From contig CAXXOU010000001.1 of the NCBI GenBank assembly GCA_963677495.2, positions 608,001 to 672,000 on the forward strand: a stretch of DNA of 64,000 bases. The letters are read 5' to 3'. Positions within the stretch are counted from its first letter, which is position 1, and the number at the start of each line of letters is the position of its first letter. Under the pieces are notes generated by a model. That model ran no database searches. It was not told where the DNA came from and was given only the letters and a program-made list of their open reading frames with translations. This DNA comes from Candidatus Cloacimonadales bacterium. GTDB taxonomy: Bacteria > Cloacimonadota > Cloacimonadia > Cloacimonadales > JAFGVF01. Positions 19,823 to 30,545 of the stretch are shown here, piece after piece. A program made the position numbers and the translations under genes.

Positions 19823-20434
19823 ATGAAAAGAAAAGCTATGTTACTGATAATGGTAATTCTGATAGTATTAATAAGTGGTTGTTCAGTATTCTCTACAAGC
19901 AATTCTACTAGCAGAAGGGCATTAGAGAAAAACCTAACCTTATGGGACAGTTTCTCTATGCAGGGAATAGTTGAAATTAACTATAAAGCTTTAAGTTTTA
20001 GAAAGAACTTCACGATGCGTAAAGATGGCAATGAGTTTAACTTCAAAGTATTGAATGCCGGACTTATGGGACTCAACCCCAAACCTTTAGTTTCAATAAG
20101 CTATGCAGACTCCTTAACAATTGATGCAAGTGGATTTGCAGGTGGAGAAGGCTTTATCCCATCCAATATTGAGATTGGAAATCTAGGACATGATCTTTCC
20201 TTATCAAAGTACTTACTTCCAATTGCAGATGAGATTATTATGAACAGAACTATTAATCGAATGGAGCTTGATTTCAACTTCAATAAGAAGATGCAGCTTG
20301 TTTCCGTGGGAAAGTCAGATAAAGATAAGGTTACTTTTGAATATGACCTAAACAATAATCCGGAAAGGATTGCAATTGTTGTCGATGGGATAGAGTTTTT
20401 AATAATCAATATTGATAATTATAAAAAAAGATAA
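19823..20434 (+). CDS. Hypothetical lipoprotein
   Basis: Lipobox LISGC, AAGGAG RBS. Confidence 0.8.
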   Translation: MKRKAMLLIMVILIVLISGCSVFSTSNSTSRRALEKNLTLWDSFSMQGIVEINYKALSFRKNFTMRKDGNEFNFKVLNAGLMGLNPKPLVSISYADSLTIDASGFAGGEGFIPSNIEIGNLGHDLSLSKYLLPIADEIIMNRTINRMELDFNFNKKMQLVSVGKSDKDKVTFEYDLNNNPERIAIVVDGIEFLIINIDNYKKR

Positions 20435-20444
20435 AGGTAGAACA

Positions 20445-21740
20445 ATGATTAGTCGTTATACTCTCAAAGAAATGGGCGATATCTGGAGTCAGCAGAATCG
20501 TTACCAGTGTTGGTTGGATGTTGAAATCGCTGCTTGTAAAGCAATGAATAAGATGGGAATCGTTCCTGATGAGGATTTAAAGAATATCGTAGAGAAGGCA
20601 GACTTTGATGCACAGCGTGTTGATGAGATTGAGTTAGTTACAAAGCATGATATTATTGCTTTCCTTACTAATGTTGCTGAGTATGTAGGTCCTTCATCAA
20701 GATGGATTCATTATGGTATGACATCTTCAGACGTGCTTGATACTGCTTCTGCATTACAGATGAAGCAAGCTGCTGAGCTAATCTTGGTAGAAATGAAAGC
20801 ATTTGCTGAAGTACTCAAAAAGAAAGCTGCTGACTACAAAGATACTCTATGTATCGGACGTTCACATGGAATTCACGCAGAGCCAACATCATTTGGTCTT
20901 AAATTTGCACTCTGGTACGATGAGATGAATAGAAACATCAAGCGTATGGAAGCTGCTCTTGAGATAGTAAGTGTCGGTCAGATTTCAGGTGCAGTTGGTA
21001 ACTATGCTCATCTTTCTCCTGAAATAGAGGAGCTTGCTTGTGGTTTCTTAGGTCTTAAATCAGTAAATATCGCTACTCAGGTTATTCAGCGTGATAGGCA
21101 TGCAGAGTATATGAATGCAATCGCTCTTGCCGGTGCTACTATCGAGAAAGTTGCTGTTGAAATCAGACATCTTCAAAGAACTGAAGTACTTGAAGCTGAA
21201 GAGAACTTTTCTAAAGGACAAAAAGGTTCATCTGCAATGCCTCATAAAAAGAACCCAATTGTAAGTGAGCAGATGAGTGGGCTAGCTAGACTCCTGAGAA
21301 CAAATGCTCTTGCAGCTTTTGAGAATAATGCACTTTGGCACGAAAGAGATATAAGTCACAGTTCTGTTGAAAGAGTTATTCTTCCTGATTCAAGCATACT
21401 TATGCATTATATGTTGAAGAAAATGACTAGATTGATTGATAATCTTACTGTTTATCCTGAGCACATCAAACGTAATCTTGAATTAACAAATGGTTTGGTT
21501 TTCTCACAGGTTATCCTGCTTCACCTTGCTAACAAAGGTATTTCTCGTGAGCAGGCATATGCCATGGTTCAGAAGAATGCTCTGGTTTGCTGGCAGACAA
21601 AACAACAGTTCAAAGATCTTATCTTAGCAGATGAAAATATCTGTAATGTGCTTGATAAAGATGAGATTGACGAGATTTTCTGTTATGACAGATATCTGCA
21701 GAATATAGATTTCATTATGAAGAGATGCGGGATATTATAG
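20445..21740 (+). CDS. purB: Adenylosuccinate lyase
   Basis: MISRYT start, GSSAMPHKKNP signature. Confidence 0.98.
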   Translation: MISRYTLKEMGDIWSQQNRYQCWLDVEIAACKAMNKMGIVPDEDLKNIVEKADFDAQRVDEIELVTKHDIIAFLTNVAEYVGPSSRWIHYGMTSSDVLDTASALQMKQAAELILVEMKAFAEVLKKKAADYKDTLCIGRSHGIHAEPTSFGLKFALWYDEMNRNIKRMEAALEIVSVGQISGAVGNYAHLSPEIEELACGFLGLKSVNIATQVIQRDRHAEYMNAIALAGATIEKVAVEIRHLQRTEVLEAEENFSKGQKGSSAMPHKKNPIVSEQMSGLARLLRTNALAAFENNALWHERDISHSSVERVILPDSSILMHYMLKKMTRLIDNLTVYPEHIKRNLELTNGLVFSQVILLHLANKGISREQAYAMVQKNALVCWQTKQQFKDLILADENICNVLDKDEIDEIFCYDRYLQNIDFIMKRCGIL

Positions 21741-21761
21741 ATAAATAGCATACAATACATT

Positions 21762-21829
21762 AAGCCTATCGATTGTATCGATAGGCTTTTTTAGTTATTA
21801 AAAAAGGGGTAGATTCGAAATCTACCCCT
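21762..21829. terminator. Two back-to-back terminators (purB on +, LruC gene on -)
   Basis: AAGCCTATCGAT-tgt-ATCGATAGGCTT+T-tract; A-tract+AGGGGTAGATT-cga-AATCTACCCCT. Confidence 0.85.
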
Positions 21830-21844
21830 ATACTTATTTAAGTC

Positions 21845-23833
21845 TTATGGAATCATATAGATCTTAGTATTGTCTCTATATCCCGGTTCATCATCATACC
21901 AATCAGGGAATACAGCTCCTGAGCTTTCTGCCCAAGGTCTGAATTTAAGGTAAGCTTCAGTAACCTGCTTTCTCTCGTATGGATGATCCCAGCTTGATGC
22001 AACATTAATTGCCCATGGAAGGTTATTAACTGTTCTATAGTATCTACTTGAACTAACAACCGAGTTATCTTCTTCAGTAGCAAACAATGTGTAATCTGCT
22101 TGATTTGTTGGTGGCATATCAGGTAGATGTATCTCATGTGATCTATCAGTATTCACAAAGATAAATGGATTGAATGGTTCTTGCCACTGCCAACTACCGG
22201 AATTGGTTACAAGAGTGTTAAACTTAATATCAACTGCAAACTCTGCTGGAGTCACATAAGATGCACCATACTCAGTATTAATAAAGTCAGCTCCATTATA
22301 TGGCATCAAATCATTGGTGTTTTGTACAAATATAATTGTAGCTTTATTTCCATCTTCAAGTACCGGATTAAAGTTTACATCAGAAACTACTTCCGAATAA
22401 GTTAGAGTATCTGCCCCATCGATAATAGTGATAGATTCAATAATGTTGGAGCTGAATGGGAACTGAACAGCAAAACCATTCTGATATCTTGCTCCTACAG
22501 CCATTAGTTTGAACTCAGCAATTATATGTGAGATTTGGTTGCCTGGAAGTGTATGATAGAAGAAGTTATAATCAATAACCATATCGTTAAAGTCATAGTC
22601 TCCCATTCTTGGCCATAAGTCTTCAAATGCTAAAGTAGAGTAATTATGATCATTAGTTTCAAAGGTTCTATCAGGGTCATCCGGGAAGTCATCAAACACA
22701 TCTGACACATCGTCACCATCTCTATCATCAGGTTCATCAATAGGAGGGATGTCAATTATATCCACAGATTCTATCGGATTAGCTGTACAATAGAAGATTG
22801 CATCATTGTAATCATTATCTCCGTAAGGAACTTCTAAATCTTCAAAAGCGAACAGTAGTTTTTGATATTCTCCATCATATACAAGAATACTTTGCTGCTC
22901 TCCATTATGGTTCAAGTCAATATTTGAGTACCAAGTATCTTCCACAATATTTGCTTGTTCATTTCTCCAGCCATTACTCATTAGTACCCATGCAACAACG
23001 GTATCAGCATCGAACTGACCTAAATAGACTTTATCACCAGGGACTAATTCTCCACCACTTCCTTGCATAGAGACATTAGGGAAAACGATATTAATAGTAT
23101 CAATGTCGGCAGTTGATGTTGGAGGATTACCTACTTGGTAAGTGTAGTAACCCAAGCAGTTCTTATGTCCGGCTCCTTCATGAACAAATGTAACCCAAAG
23201 GTCTGCTGCTTGATCAATAAGCACTACATTCAGTTCATTATCAGGATCAAGATAATCTGGATGGTAGTCTTGAAGTGGCCTTCTTTCCGGAAGTGTTGCA
23301 TTAACTTTTTCTAAGAAGTTAGCTTCTAAAACATCAAACTCCATGCCGATTGGTGTACCATTATTATTGTAGGGAAGTACGTATTGCAAATCAGATTTTG
23401 GTGGCTTAACAGCAACTTTACTTATTGTTGCTTTTTCACCAAATGTATAACTAACAATACCAGACTCAATTGATAACTCCATCGATTCCATGTAACCTAC
23501 AGCAAAAACAGATGTCATCGCTGTTGGCAAAGTAACCAGAGTATGGAATCTTCCATCATCACCGGTAGCACCGGTGTAAAGTAATTTGCCCCCTTCATCA
23601 GGATCAGAAGTATAGAAATCAAAAACTATGTTTGCAATTCCCTCATCATTACCATTTAGTACTGTAATGTCAAATTCGACATCATGTAAGGTGGAGAAAT
23701 TAAAGTCATCAGCAACAGTCAAAGACTCAAAAGTTGTGTTTGTGCCGTTATCATTGTCATTATCATCATTTGAACATGAAATAGTGAACATTAATGATAG
23801 TGCTAAGAGCAATATAAAAAAACTTCTTCTCAT
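21845..23833 (-). CDS. LruC-domain lipoprotein
   Basis: Lipobox TISC; AFEDLWPRMGDYDFNDMVIDY, EIHLPDMPPT, LPWAIN. Confidence 0.88.
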   Translation of the reverse strand: MRRSFFILLLALSLMFTISCSNDDNDNDNGTNTTFESLTVADDFNFSTLHDVEFDITVLNGNDEGIANIVFDFYTSDPDEGGKLLYTGATGDDGRFHTLVTLPTAMTSVFAVGYMESMELSIESGIVSYTFGEKATISKVAVKPPKSDLQYVLPYNNNGTPIGMEFDVLEANFLEKVNATLPERRPLQDYHPDYLDPDNELNVVLIDQAADLWVTFVHEGAGHKNCLGYYTYQVGNPPTSTADIDTINIVFPNVSMQGSGGELVPGDKVYLGQFDADTVVAWVLMSNGWRNEQANIVEDTWYSNIDLNHNGEQQSILVYDGEYQKLLFAFEDLEVPYGDNDYNDAIFYCTANPIESVDIIDIPPIDEPDDRDGDDVSDVFDDFPDDPDRTFETNDHNYSTLAFEDLWPRMGDYDFNDMVIDYNFFYHTLPGNQISHIIAEFKLMAVGARYQNGFAVQFPFSSNIIESITIIDGADTLTYSEVVSDVNFNPVLEDGNKATIIFVQNTNDLMPYNGADFINTEYGASYVTPAEFAVDIKFNTLVTNSGSWQWQEPFNPFIFVNTDRSHEIHLPDMPPTNQADYTLFATEEDNSVVSSSRYYRTVNNLPWAINVASSWDHPYERKQVTEAYLKFRPWAESSGAVFPDWYDDEPGYRDNTKIYMIP

Positions 23834-24021
23834 ATTTACCTCCAGAAGTAGTTATTAGTTAACATATAAACATCTATAAATATAGATAGTCGTCTATTTT
23901 TGGCAATCTATTTTTTATTAAACTTGTTAACATCTATGACGATACATTTGATAAAAACACACATTCTTAAGTATGTCTACCTACATAAACGCTACTCGAT
24001 TACAATATATTGTGCTAAAGA

Positions 24022-24801
24022 TTAATCAGCTAGAGTCAGGTTTAAGCCTTTAATTAATAGATTTCTCAGCTCTTGCATAGCTATAAAATCTGCTTTGCCA
24101 CTCCATTCATCTATAAATGTTTTCTTAAACTCAATAGCTATTGCAATAGCTTTATCACCATATATATGATGTATCCATCTTGGGAAATGCCCACCCGGGA
24201 ACTTAACGTTAATCCTACAATCAATGTTTCTGTTTCTAAAGTCGATGGATGCTAAGTTGTCTCTTAATCTCTCCACGAAAGGAAGATTCTCTTCAGGCAT
24301 ATTGTTTGTACCAAGGATAATCTCAGGATTATATTTAGGGTCATCGTATTCTGCATCCGGACCAAGGCGATGATGATTATAAGAATGGATGTCTAGAACG
24401 ATAATACGACCATGTATTGCCATTATTTCATCAAGATGTATCTTAACCCTTCTATAGAAATCGTCATATTCAGCCATAGATCTTTCAATCTCATCTTCTG
24501 TGAGAGGTGCATCTCTCAAATCAAGTCCCCAACAATCTTCCGGCTTCTGATATACAGATCTAGATTTAGGTCTGTTTATATCAACTTCAAAGCGACTTGT
24601 ATCTACAATAATCCTGTTACAGTTAAACTCAGTGAAGAAACCTGTTAATGGATCCTCTTCGCGAAGTCTATCAGCTTCAGAAAGAGTCATGTTAGCTTCT
24701 ATCTCATCTCTAAGATAGTGGCCGTTATGTATTGCTGTACATACGAGGGGAGATGAGTAATCAAAGATAAAGGTTGCTTTATGCATTCTTACACTTCCCA
24801 T
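24022..24801 (-). CDS. N-formylglutamate amidohydrolase family
   Basis: AIHNGH, REEDP, SRFEVDINR, DIHSY; start may be Met at 24786. Confidence 0.88.
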   Translation of the reverse strand: MGSVRMHKATFIFDYSSPLVCTAIHNGHYLRDEIEANMTLSEADRLREEDPLTGFFTEFNCNRIIVDTSRFEVDINRPKSRSVYQKPEDCWGLDLRDAPLTEDEIERSMAEYDDFYRRVKIHLDEIMAIHGRIIVLDIHSYNHHRLGPDAEYDDPKYNPEIILGTNNMPEENLPFVERLRDNLASIDFRNRNIDCRINVKFPGGHFPRWIHHIYGDKAIAIAIEFKKTFIDEWSGKADFIAMQELRNLLIKGLNLTLAD

Positions 24802-25484
24802 TTCTCAATCAGATTCATCAGAAGTACCATCTGATTTATGTAGTTCTGGAAAAACTCGATCACCTTATCTCTTGGAAGCTTCTCAGTTCTTAGAGTAATA
24901 GCTTTTCTAAAGCTATCGAGCACAACCTTCGTGACTTCATCAGTCGTCTCAAGAAGTTCATACTCAGTGCGAGGAATCTCTTCGTCTTTAAGAATCAGTA
25001 CACCCTTGAATACAGGCATTAAAGCAAGCAAAGAAACTTGAATAAGTTCACTGATTACTTTCATATTACCTAAACTTTCAAGTAAGTATTGTCTTGTAAG
25101 CAGAACTTTACCTTTAACCTCTCTCTCCATCTGAAGTCTTAGATCAGAAGGCTTAAACTCAAGGTTTGCAAAGATATCTTCTTTCGAGTAGGTTGATTCA
25201 TAGTAGTATTTGATATTGAGAAACTCCAGTGGAAAGCTATCAAGTGATGTGAGTATATATTCACGACTCATAATCAGCGGAAAAGGCATCTTTTTCGCTT
25301 TAATTTTCTTAAGAATCGGACGTAATGTTGCAAGTGTAGATACATCATCTTTCTCTACAACCAGGAAAAAATGTCCCTGATCCAAATGTCTGTTATAGAT
25401 ACCTGCCTGAATCAGGTTTTCACCCAATACACTTTCGAATTCTTTTGATACAGCCAGCCAATACTGTTTATATTTCTCAATCAT
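24789..25484 (-). CDS. Hypothetical protein, degenerate nucleotidyltransferase-like
   Basis: SLDSFPLEFLNIK and LRLQMERE motifs. Confidence 0.7.
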   Translation of the reverse strand: MIEKYKQYWLAVSKEFESVLGENLIQAGIYNRHLDQGHFFLVVEKDDVSTLATLRPILKKIKAKKMPFPLIMSREYILTSLDSFPLEFLNIKYYYESTYSKEDIFANLEFKPSDLRLQMEREVKGKVLLTRQYLLESLGNMKVISELIQVSLLALMPVFKGVLILKDEEIPRTEYELLETTDEVTKVVLDSFRKAITLRTEKLPRDKVIEFFQNYINQMVLLMNLIEKWEV

Positions 25485-25489
25485 TTTAA

Positions 25490-26356
25490 CTACTCCTCTG
25501 AAGTCTCATACTTCTTTGTATACAGCTCTGCACAAAGCTTAGCCATAGTTCTGATTCTTCCAATATATGCAGCTCTCTCAGTTACACTTATCACACCTCT
25601 CGCATCAAGAAGATTGAATGTATGAGAGCATTTAAGCAAGTAGTCATAAGCCGGGTAAACTACATCCTCTTCAATCAGGAAATGACATTGCTTTTCATAA
25701 TCCTCAAATGTAGCGAAAAGAGATTTCACATCAGCAAGTTCAAAGTTAAACTTAGAGAACTCAACCTCTTTGTGATAGAAAATATCACTGTAAAGAGTAG
25801 TGTCATTCCATTTCAATTCTCGATAATCATCAACATTCTGAATATACATGGCAAGACGCTCAAGTCCATATGTAAGTTCTACAGCAATCGGTGAAACATC
25901 AACACCACCAACCTGTTGGAAATAAGTAAACTGTGATATCTCCATGCCATCAAGCCAAACTTCCCATCCGAGTCCCCAAGCACCGAGAGTTGGTGATTCC
26001 CAATCATCCTCTACAAAACGAATATCATGCTTCTCAACTTCCACACCAATTGCTTTTAAGCTCTCAATGTAAAGTTCCTGTATATTCTCAGGTGATGGTT
26101 TAATAACTGTCTGGAACTGGTAGTAATGCTGAAAACGGTTTGGGTTTTCACCATATCTTCCGTCTTTAGGTCGACGGCAAGGTTGGGCATAAGCCACAGC
26201 AGTTGGTTTTGAACCTAATGAACCAAAGAAAGTCGCCTGGTGAAAAGTACCGGCTCCCATCTCCATATCATAAGGCTGGATAATATTGCATCCCTGTTTA
26301 GCCCAGAAATTCTGTAATGTCAGGATTATATCTTGAAAGTTCATAAACTTCTCCAT
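25490..26356 (-). CDS. glyQ: Glycine-tRNA ligase alpha subunit
   Basis: [39 protein letters not shown]. Confidence 0.98.
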   Translation of the reverse strand: MEKFMNFQDIILTLQNFWAKQGCNIIQPYDMEMGAGTFHQATFFGSLGSKPTAVAYAQPCRRPKDGRYGENPNRFQHYYQFQTVIKPSPENIQELYIESLKAIGVEVEKHDIRFVEDDWESPTLGAWGLGWEVWLDGMEISQFTYFQQVGGVDVSPIAVELTYGLERLAMYIQNVDDYRELKWNDTTLYSDIFYHKEVEFSKFNFELADVKSLFATFEDYEKQCHFLIEEDVVYPAYDYLLKCSHTFNLLDARGVISVTERAAYIGRIRTMAKLCAELYTKKYETSEE

Positions 26357-26609
26357 TATCTATCTGTATTGAATATTGATAATTTAAGGATTAAGTCAGT
26401 TGTCAATAAAAAAGAGTTGGTTGATAATTATAGGGACTTATGGCTATAAACAATTGGATATGTACTCAATTGGAGTTTTACTACAAATAGAGGGTATACT
26501 ATCAATATTGTTACCAAAGAATGAGGAAATAATCTCAAAAACACAGAGCCCAGAAAGAGCTTAAGAACCACAGAGAAAGGTACACGTCTGACTAAAATCA
26601 AGAAAATAA

Positions 26610-26860
26610 CAGATCCATGCAGATACCATTGTTAATTGATTAGTGTAATTATCAATTGAATCAGATTTAATAGTTGTACCCACATCTTCCATTAGTAGAG
26701 CAAAATCACTTGTATGTTATACAGTTTAGACTTATACATAACTACTAAAAATCCAAATTTTAAGTTATCAAGATTCTCAAAATACAATAGTTTTGCGTCT
26801 TTATACTGTTTAGATTTCAATTCTTTTGGAATATAGTTAACACAGTTATCCAGCCACGAT
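26610..26860 (-). pseudogene. Frameshifted fragment paralogous to the 62550-63359 protein
   Basis: PKELKSKQYKDAKLLYFENL...YKSKLYNI, 1-nt frameshift, SDFALLMEDVGTTIKSDSIDNYTN; aligns with PKELITKQYNGAHVFYMQNL...YNNKVYLLPLHLNHLMDDMGEIMNSNNIYNYTN. Confidence 0.8.
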
Positions 26861-26901
26861 CATTGTAATAATGATCATTATAAAAATATCAAATCAACTT
26901 C

Positions 26902-27056
26902 TTCTCTTTAGGATGTCGCATCAAGAACTTCTTTGCACCGTTAAGTAAGTTATGCACACGATGTGGATAACTTTAGGAGTTCATAGGGAGGGTCTAGGGA
27001 GGCTAAAGGGAGGGACTAGGGAAATTCTAGCGTTTTGATGGGATTAAGTAAAGAGA
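26902..27056 (+). repeat. Family 1 element, copy 2
   Basis: TTATGCACA 26950-26958, TGTGGATAA 26962-26970, same G-tract array. Confidence 0.92.
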
Positions 27057-27672
27057 TGAACCAGACTTGATAAGAATTGATAAGAATGGATTGGAAGGTT
27101 TTTGATAGTATGTTTTAATTTGATTGCAATTTTTTTTAAGCATTCAAATGGGAACCTATAATCCAAGTTAAGTACGAAATTATCAATTAATGTTGTGAGG
27201 TATTTCTCCTGATCATTGGGATAATAATATATAGAATTGAGCGAAAGTACTAGAAAAGAGCTACATGCTTGATAGATGAATTATAAATTATTAGTTACTT
27301 TGGTACTAATTATGCATAATTATAAATATAGTGTTAGGAAGTGAAGCTTTTCTTGAGAGCAAAGTTATGAGATCATTCATATTGAGAGCTTTGATAGTTA
27401 GGGAGTATTCTTGAGATGAACGAGAGAGAAGGCCTTTGTTTATGCCAGTTTAGCTCAATAAAGAAAAGATGGGTTTATTAAATAACGATTAAATCATTGT
27501 ATTATAATACGAATTAAATGTAGCTTTTAATCAGTGTAAACAAAGTTTACGCTTATGACAATTTGGTGTCAATACTGAAACCAGTTTAGTGGAATCTGGA
27601 TAGTTCCACTCTAAAGAAATCAATAATTTTAAAAAAATTAGGCACACTTTTTTATACGCATTGGAGGATATA

Positions 27673-29922
27673 ATGAAAAAAGTTATAATACCCGTAATTT
27701 TATTAGCTTTAACCTTTTCTATTTTTGCACAATTCATGCAACACTCACCTGTCGGCAAGATGTCTGACATCGGAAAAACAATCAAAAACACATCAAGACC
27801 AGTTACAAGAACTTCAAATTATGACTGGGATTTTGCATTTGATCCAATCATAGCAAATGGTTCAACTTACTATGACTATATGGTAGGAACATATCTGAGT
27901 AGTCCTTTCAATAAACAACCTGCTGATGCAGGCAATGGTTACTACTATTCATATATGGGAAGGGCAAATGTCTCAACACAGCCAAGAGCATATTATGGAT
28001 ATTTAGATCAAAACTATACTGTACAACATGATGCTACTTTTGCACTTCAGAACCGACTTGAATGGTTCCCGGACAGTGTCGTTGATAAGAACGGTAAAAT
28101 GCTTATAAGTTATCATTCAGATTCAGATAATGATGGAGATTATGAGCAACATTATGGATATGATCCATACTTCTCTAATATTCCCGGTATTCCATCAGCA
28201 GAATTTGATGTTTTTGATAATCCCATAACTTTTAATGGTGAGACAGATAATAAGTTTACATGGGCTCAGATAAGAGTTGGTGAATCTCCGTTAGGTAGTG
28301 AATATCAGAGAGTTTATATTTTAGGAAGAAACAGAGTATCACACTCAGTTGTAGATCCTGATACAGGCGCACCAAAGCCATGTGAAAATCCCTATATTGC
28401 CTTTGCTGATTATATGGCTGATGATTTAGACTTCGGTTTTGAGTTAAACTGGACATACACCTCAATTCCAACCCTAGATACCTGGAATGTTGATGAGAAT
28501 GAATGGCGAAGACCTTTCATGGGATTCTTTGTTGGTACAGGTGCTTTAGAAGGTAAGCTCTTCTACATGGGCTCAGTAGTTGGTGACTTAGCCGACGATG
28601 AAGATAACTTTTATGTATTCATGCATAACGATTATGGTAATACAGATACTGAGTGGACTCAGGTGACATTTAACACAGATGTTCCACTTGTAAATCCTCA
28701 AAACGTAAATGATGAGTATTACTTTGTTGATGAAGAGAATGGTAACCAACCCTATACATTGCATTGGGGTATAGTTAATACCGGTCACTTTAACATAAGT
28801 GTTGATAGAGACAACAATCTCCATATGCCAGCTACATACTGTATTAATGCAGAAGATGGCTCATATTTCTACTATTTCCATAATGTGAAAGATATTATCT
28901 TCAATACTTCATCAAATACACTTGAAGTAGTGGATGTTTTCCCACAAAGTAGCAATCCTAGTGCTTTATACAACCCTTGGGATGAAGATGGTGATGGAAA
29001 TGTAGATGAGTATTGGGATGATGGAACTTATGATGGAGTAGATGATGGTGTAACACCTGAAGAAGAGGGTTATGGCAACATTAGAACAAATACATTATGG
29101 CCATTCATGCATTGGGACAAAGACAGTCATGAGGAAGGGATGTTCTTCCATCTTAACCAGCTAAGACTTACAAATGCTAATACTCATGGAGTGATGGCTA
29201 TGGTATGGCATGATTCTAAGGCGGCTGTAGACTTCAATGTGAGTTCTTTGTCATATTGGGAACCTTATGCAGAGCAAAGCGAATTGTACATCGCTATTAG
29301 TGGTGATGACGGACACACTTGGCAACCACCAATTGCTTTAAGTAGTGTAGATGTTGCTGATGATTTCTGGTATATGGAAGATGGTAGCTTCCTTGGCTTT
29401 AGTGAAACACATGAATATGTTCCACAATGGGCAGACATGAGACCTCAATATGCAACTCCATGTCCTGATATTAAGTACATGTATTCAAATCCTGATGACT
29501 CAGAAGTTCATAGATTGTTATTCTACTTCTATGATGACCAAGTTTGGGGTTCTGCCGAGCATGGTGAAGGTACTTGGGAAGCAGGACAGATTGTAATTAA
29601 TGCAATTGATTTCACTATGGATGCAACAATCGGAAATGATGAGCATGTAAATACTGCTTCAATTGTAAATACAATATCTAACTACCCTAATCCATTTAAT
29701 CCACAAACAACTATTAATTATTCACTTAAAGACAATGCTGATGTTGAAATTGGAGTTTATAACCTTAAAGGTCAGAAGGTTGAGACTCTTGTCAACAACA
29801 GACAGCAAGCCGGTGAGCATAGTATTGTTTGGGATGCTGAAGGTCATGCCAGTGGTATCTATTTCTATAAGGTTCAAGCTGGAACTTACACAAAGACTAA
29901 GAAAATGATTCTAATGAAATAA
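27673..29922 (+). CDS. Acidic secreted protein with FlgD/Por-type CTD
   Basis: GGAGG RBS, signal peptide, DxDxDG motifs, NYPNPFNPQTTINY...SGIYFYK...KKMILMK. Confidence 0.9.
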   Translation: MKKVIIPVILLALTFSIFAQFMQHSPVGKMSDIGKTIKNTSRPVTRTSNYDWDFAFDPIIANGSTYYDYMVGTYLSSPFNKQPADAGNGYYYSYMGRANVSTQPRAYYGYLDQNYTVQHDATFALQNRLEWFPDSVVDKNGKMLISYHSDSDNDGDYEQHYGYDPYFSNIPGIPSAEFDVFDNPITFNGETDNKFTWAQIRVGESPLGSEYQRVYILGRNRVSHSVVDPDTGAPKPCENPYIAFADYMADDLDFGFELNWTYTSIPTLDTWNVDENEWRRPFMGFFVGTGALEGKLFYMGSVVGDLADDEDNFYVFMHNDYGNTDTEWTQVTFNTDVPLVNPQNVNDEYYFVDEENGNQPYTLHWGIVNTGHFNISVDRDNNLHMPATYCINAEDGSYFYYFHNVKDIIFNTSSNTLEVVDVFPQSSNPSALYNPWDEDGDGNVDEYWDDGTYDGVDDGVTPEEEGYGNIRTNTLWPFMHWDKDSHEEGMFFHLNQLRLTNANTHGVMAMVWHDSKAAVDFNVSSLSYWEPYAEQSELYIAISGDDGHTWQPPIALSSVDVADDFWYMEDGSFLGFSETHEYVPQWADMRPQYATPCPDIKYMYSNPDDSEVHRLLFYFYDDQVWGSAEHGEGTWEAGQIVINAIDFTMDATIGNDEHVNTASIVNTISNYPNPFNPQTTINYSLKDNADVEIGVYNLKGQKVETLVNNRQQAGEHSIVWDAEGHASGIYFYKVQAGTYTKTKKMILMK

Positions 29923-29952
29923 AACTTACACAACATAATTGCACTTAGAGAT

Positions 29953-29981
29953 AAAAAAGGCCCCTCGATTGAGGGGCTTTT
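29953..29981. terminator. Bidirectional terminator
   Basis: A-tract-GCCCCTC-gatt-GAGGGGC-T-tract between convergent genes. Confidence 0.85.
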
Positions 29982-29993
29982 CTATATATTTGT

Positions 29994-30545
29994 TTATAAA
30001 TCTTTCTTAAGTTTATCTAACAGCAATCCCGGTTGCCTTTCATCAAGCACATAGTAGTTGAGCTCATAATCCGCTTGTTTTAGGAGTTTTTCCACTTCCT
30101 GCACGAAAATACCTTTCCCGGGTATCTTTGTGGATTCTTTAAGCAGTTTTGCGTAGCTATCGACACTATTCACACCTTTCCAGTTCTCACATTTAGTGAC
30201 TTTGGTCAGTCCACAACTTGGGCTACCTTCCACAAAGATGATACCTTCAATATGATATCCGTTATTACGGTAGTCTTGAATCTGGTCTAAAACAGGTTTG
30301 AAGAGCTTACTACAGTGCTCACGGAAAGCAGGGAAATCGAACTGATCACGTACATGAGCCCATCTGCTTATGCCGAAATAGGTCATCTCAGGACAGGGGA
30401 GTTGAATGATTCCGTAATCCTTCTCAGCCAAGACTTGCATCAGCTCTTTATGAACTCCCGGGAAGGGACAAATCCCTTCCACTTTGGAGTTAACATTTAA
30501 AAGGCAATGTGAGACCAAAATGATCTTACGAGCTCTCTCAGGCAT
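29994..30545 (-). CDS. DUF523 / TudS-related Fe-S protein
   Basis: SHCLLN, QLPCPE, GSPSCG, GKGIF. Confidence 0.82.
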   Translation of the reverse strand: MPERARKIILVSHCLLNVNSKVEGICPFPGVHKELMQVLAEKDYGIIQLPCPEMTYFGISRWAHVRDQFDFPAFREHCSKLFKPVLDQIQDYRNNGYHIEGIIFVEGSPSCGLTKVTKCENWKGVNSVDSYAKLLKESTKIPGKGIFVQEVEKLLKQADYELNYYVLDERQPGLLLDKLKKDL

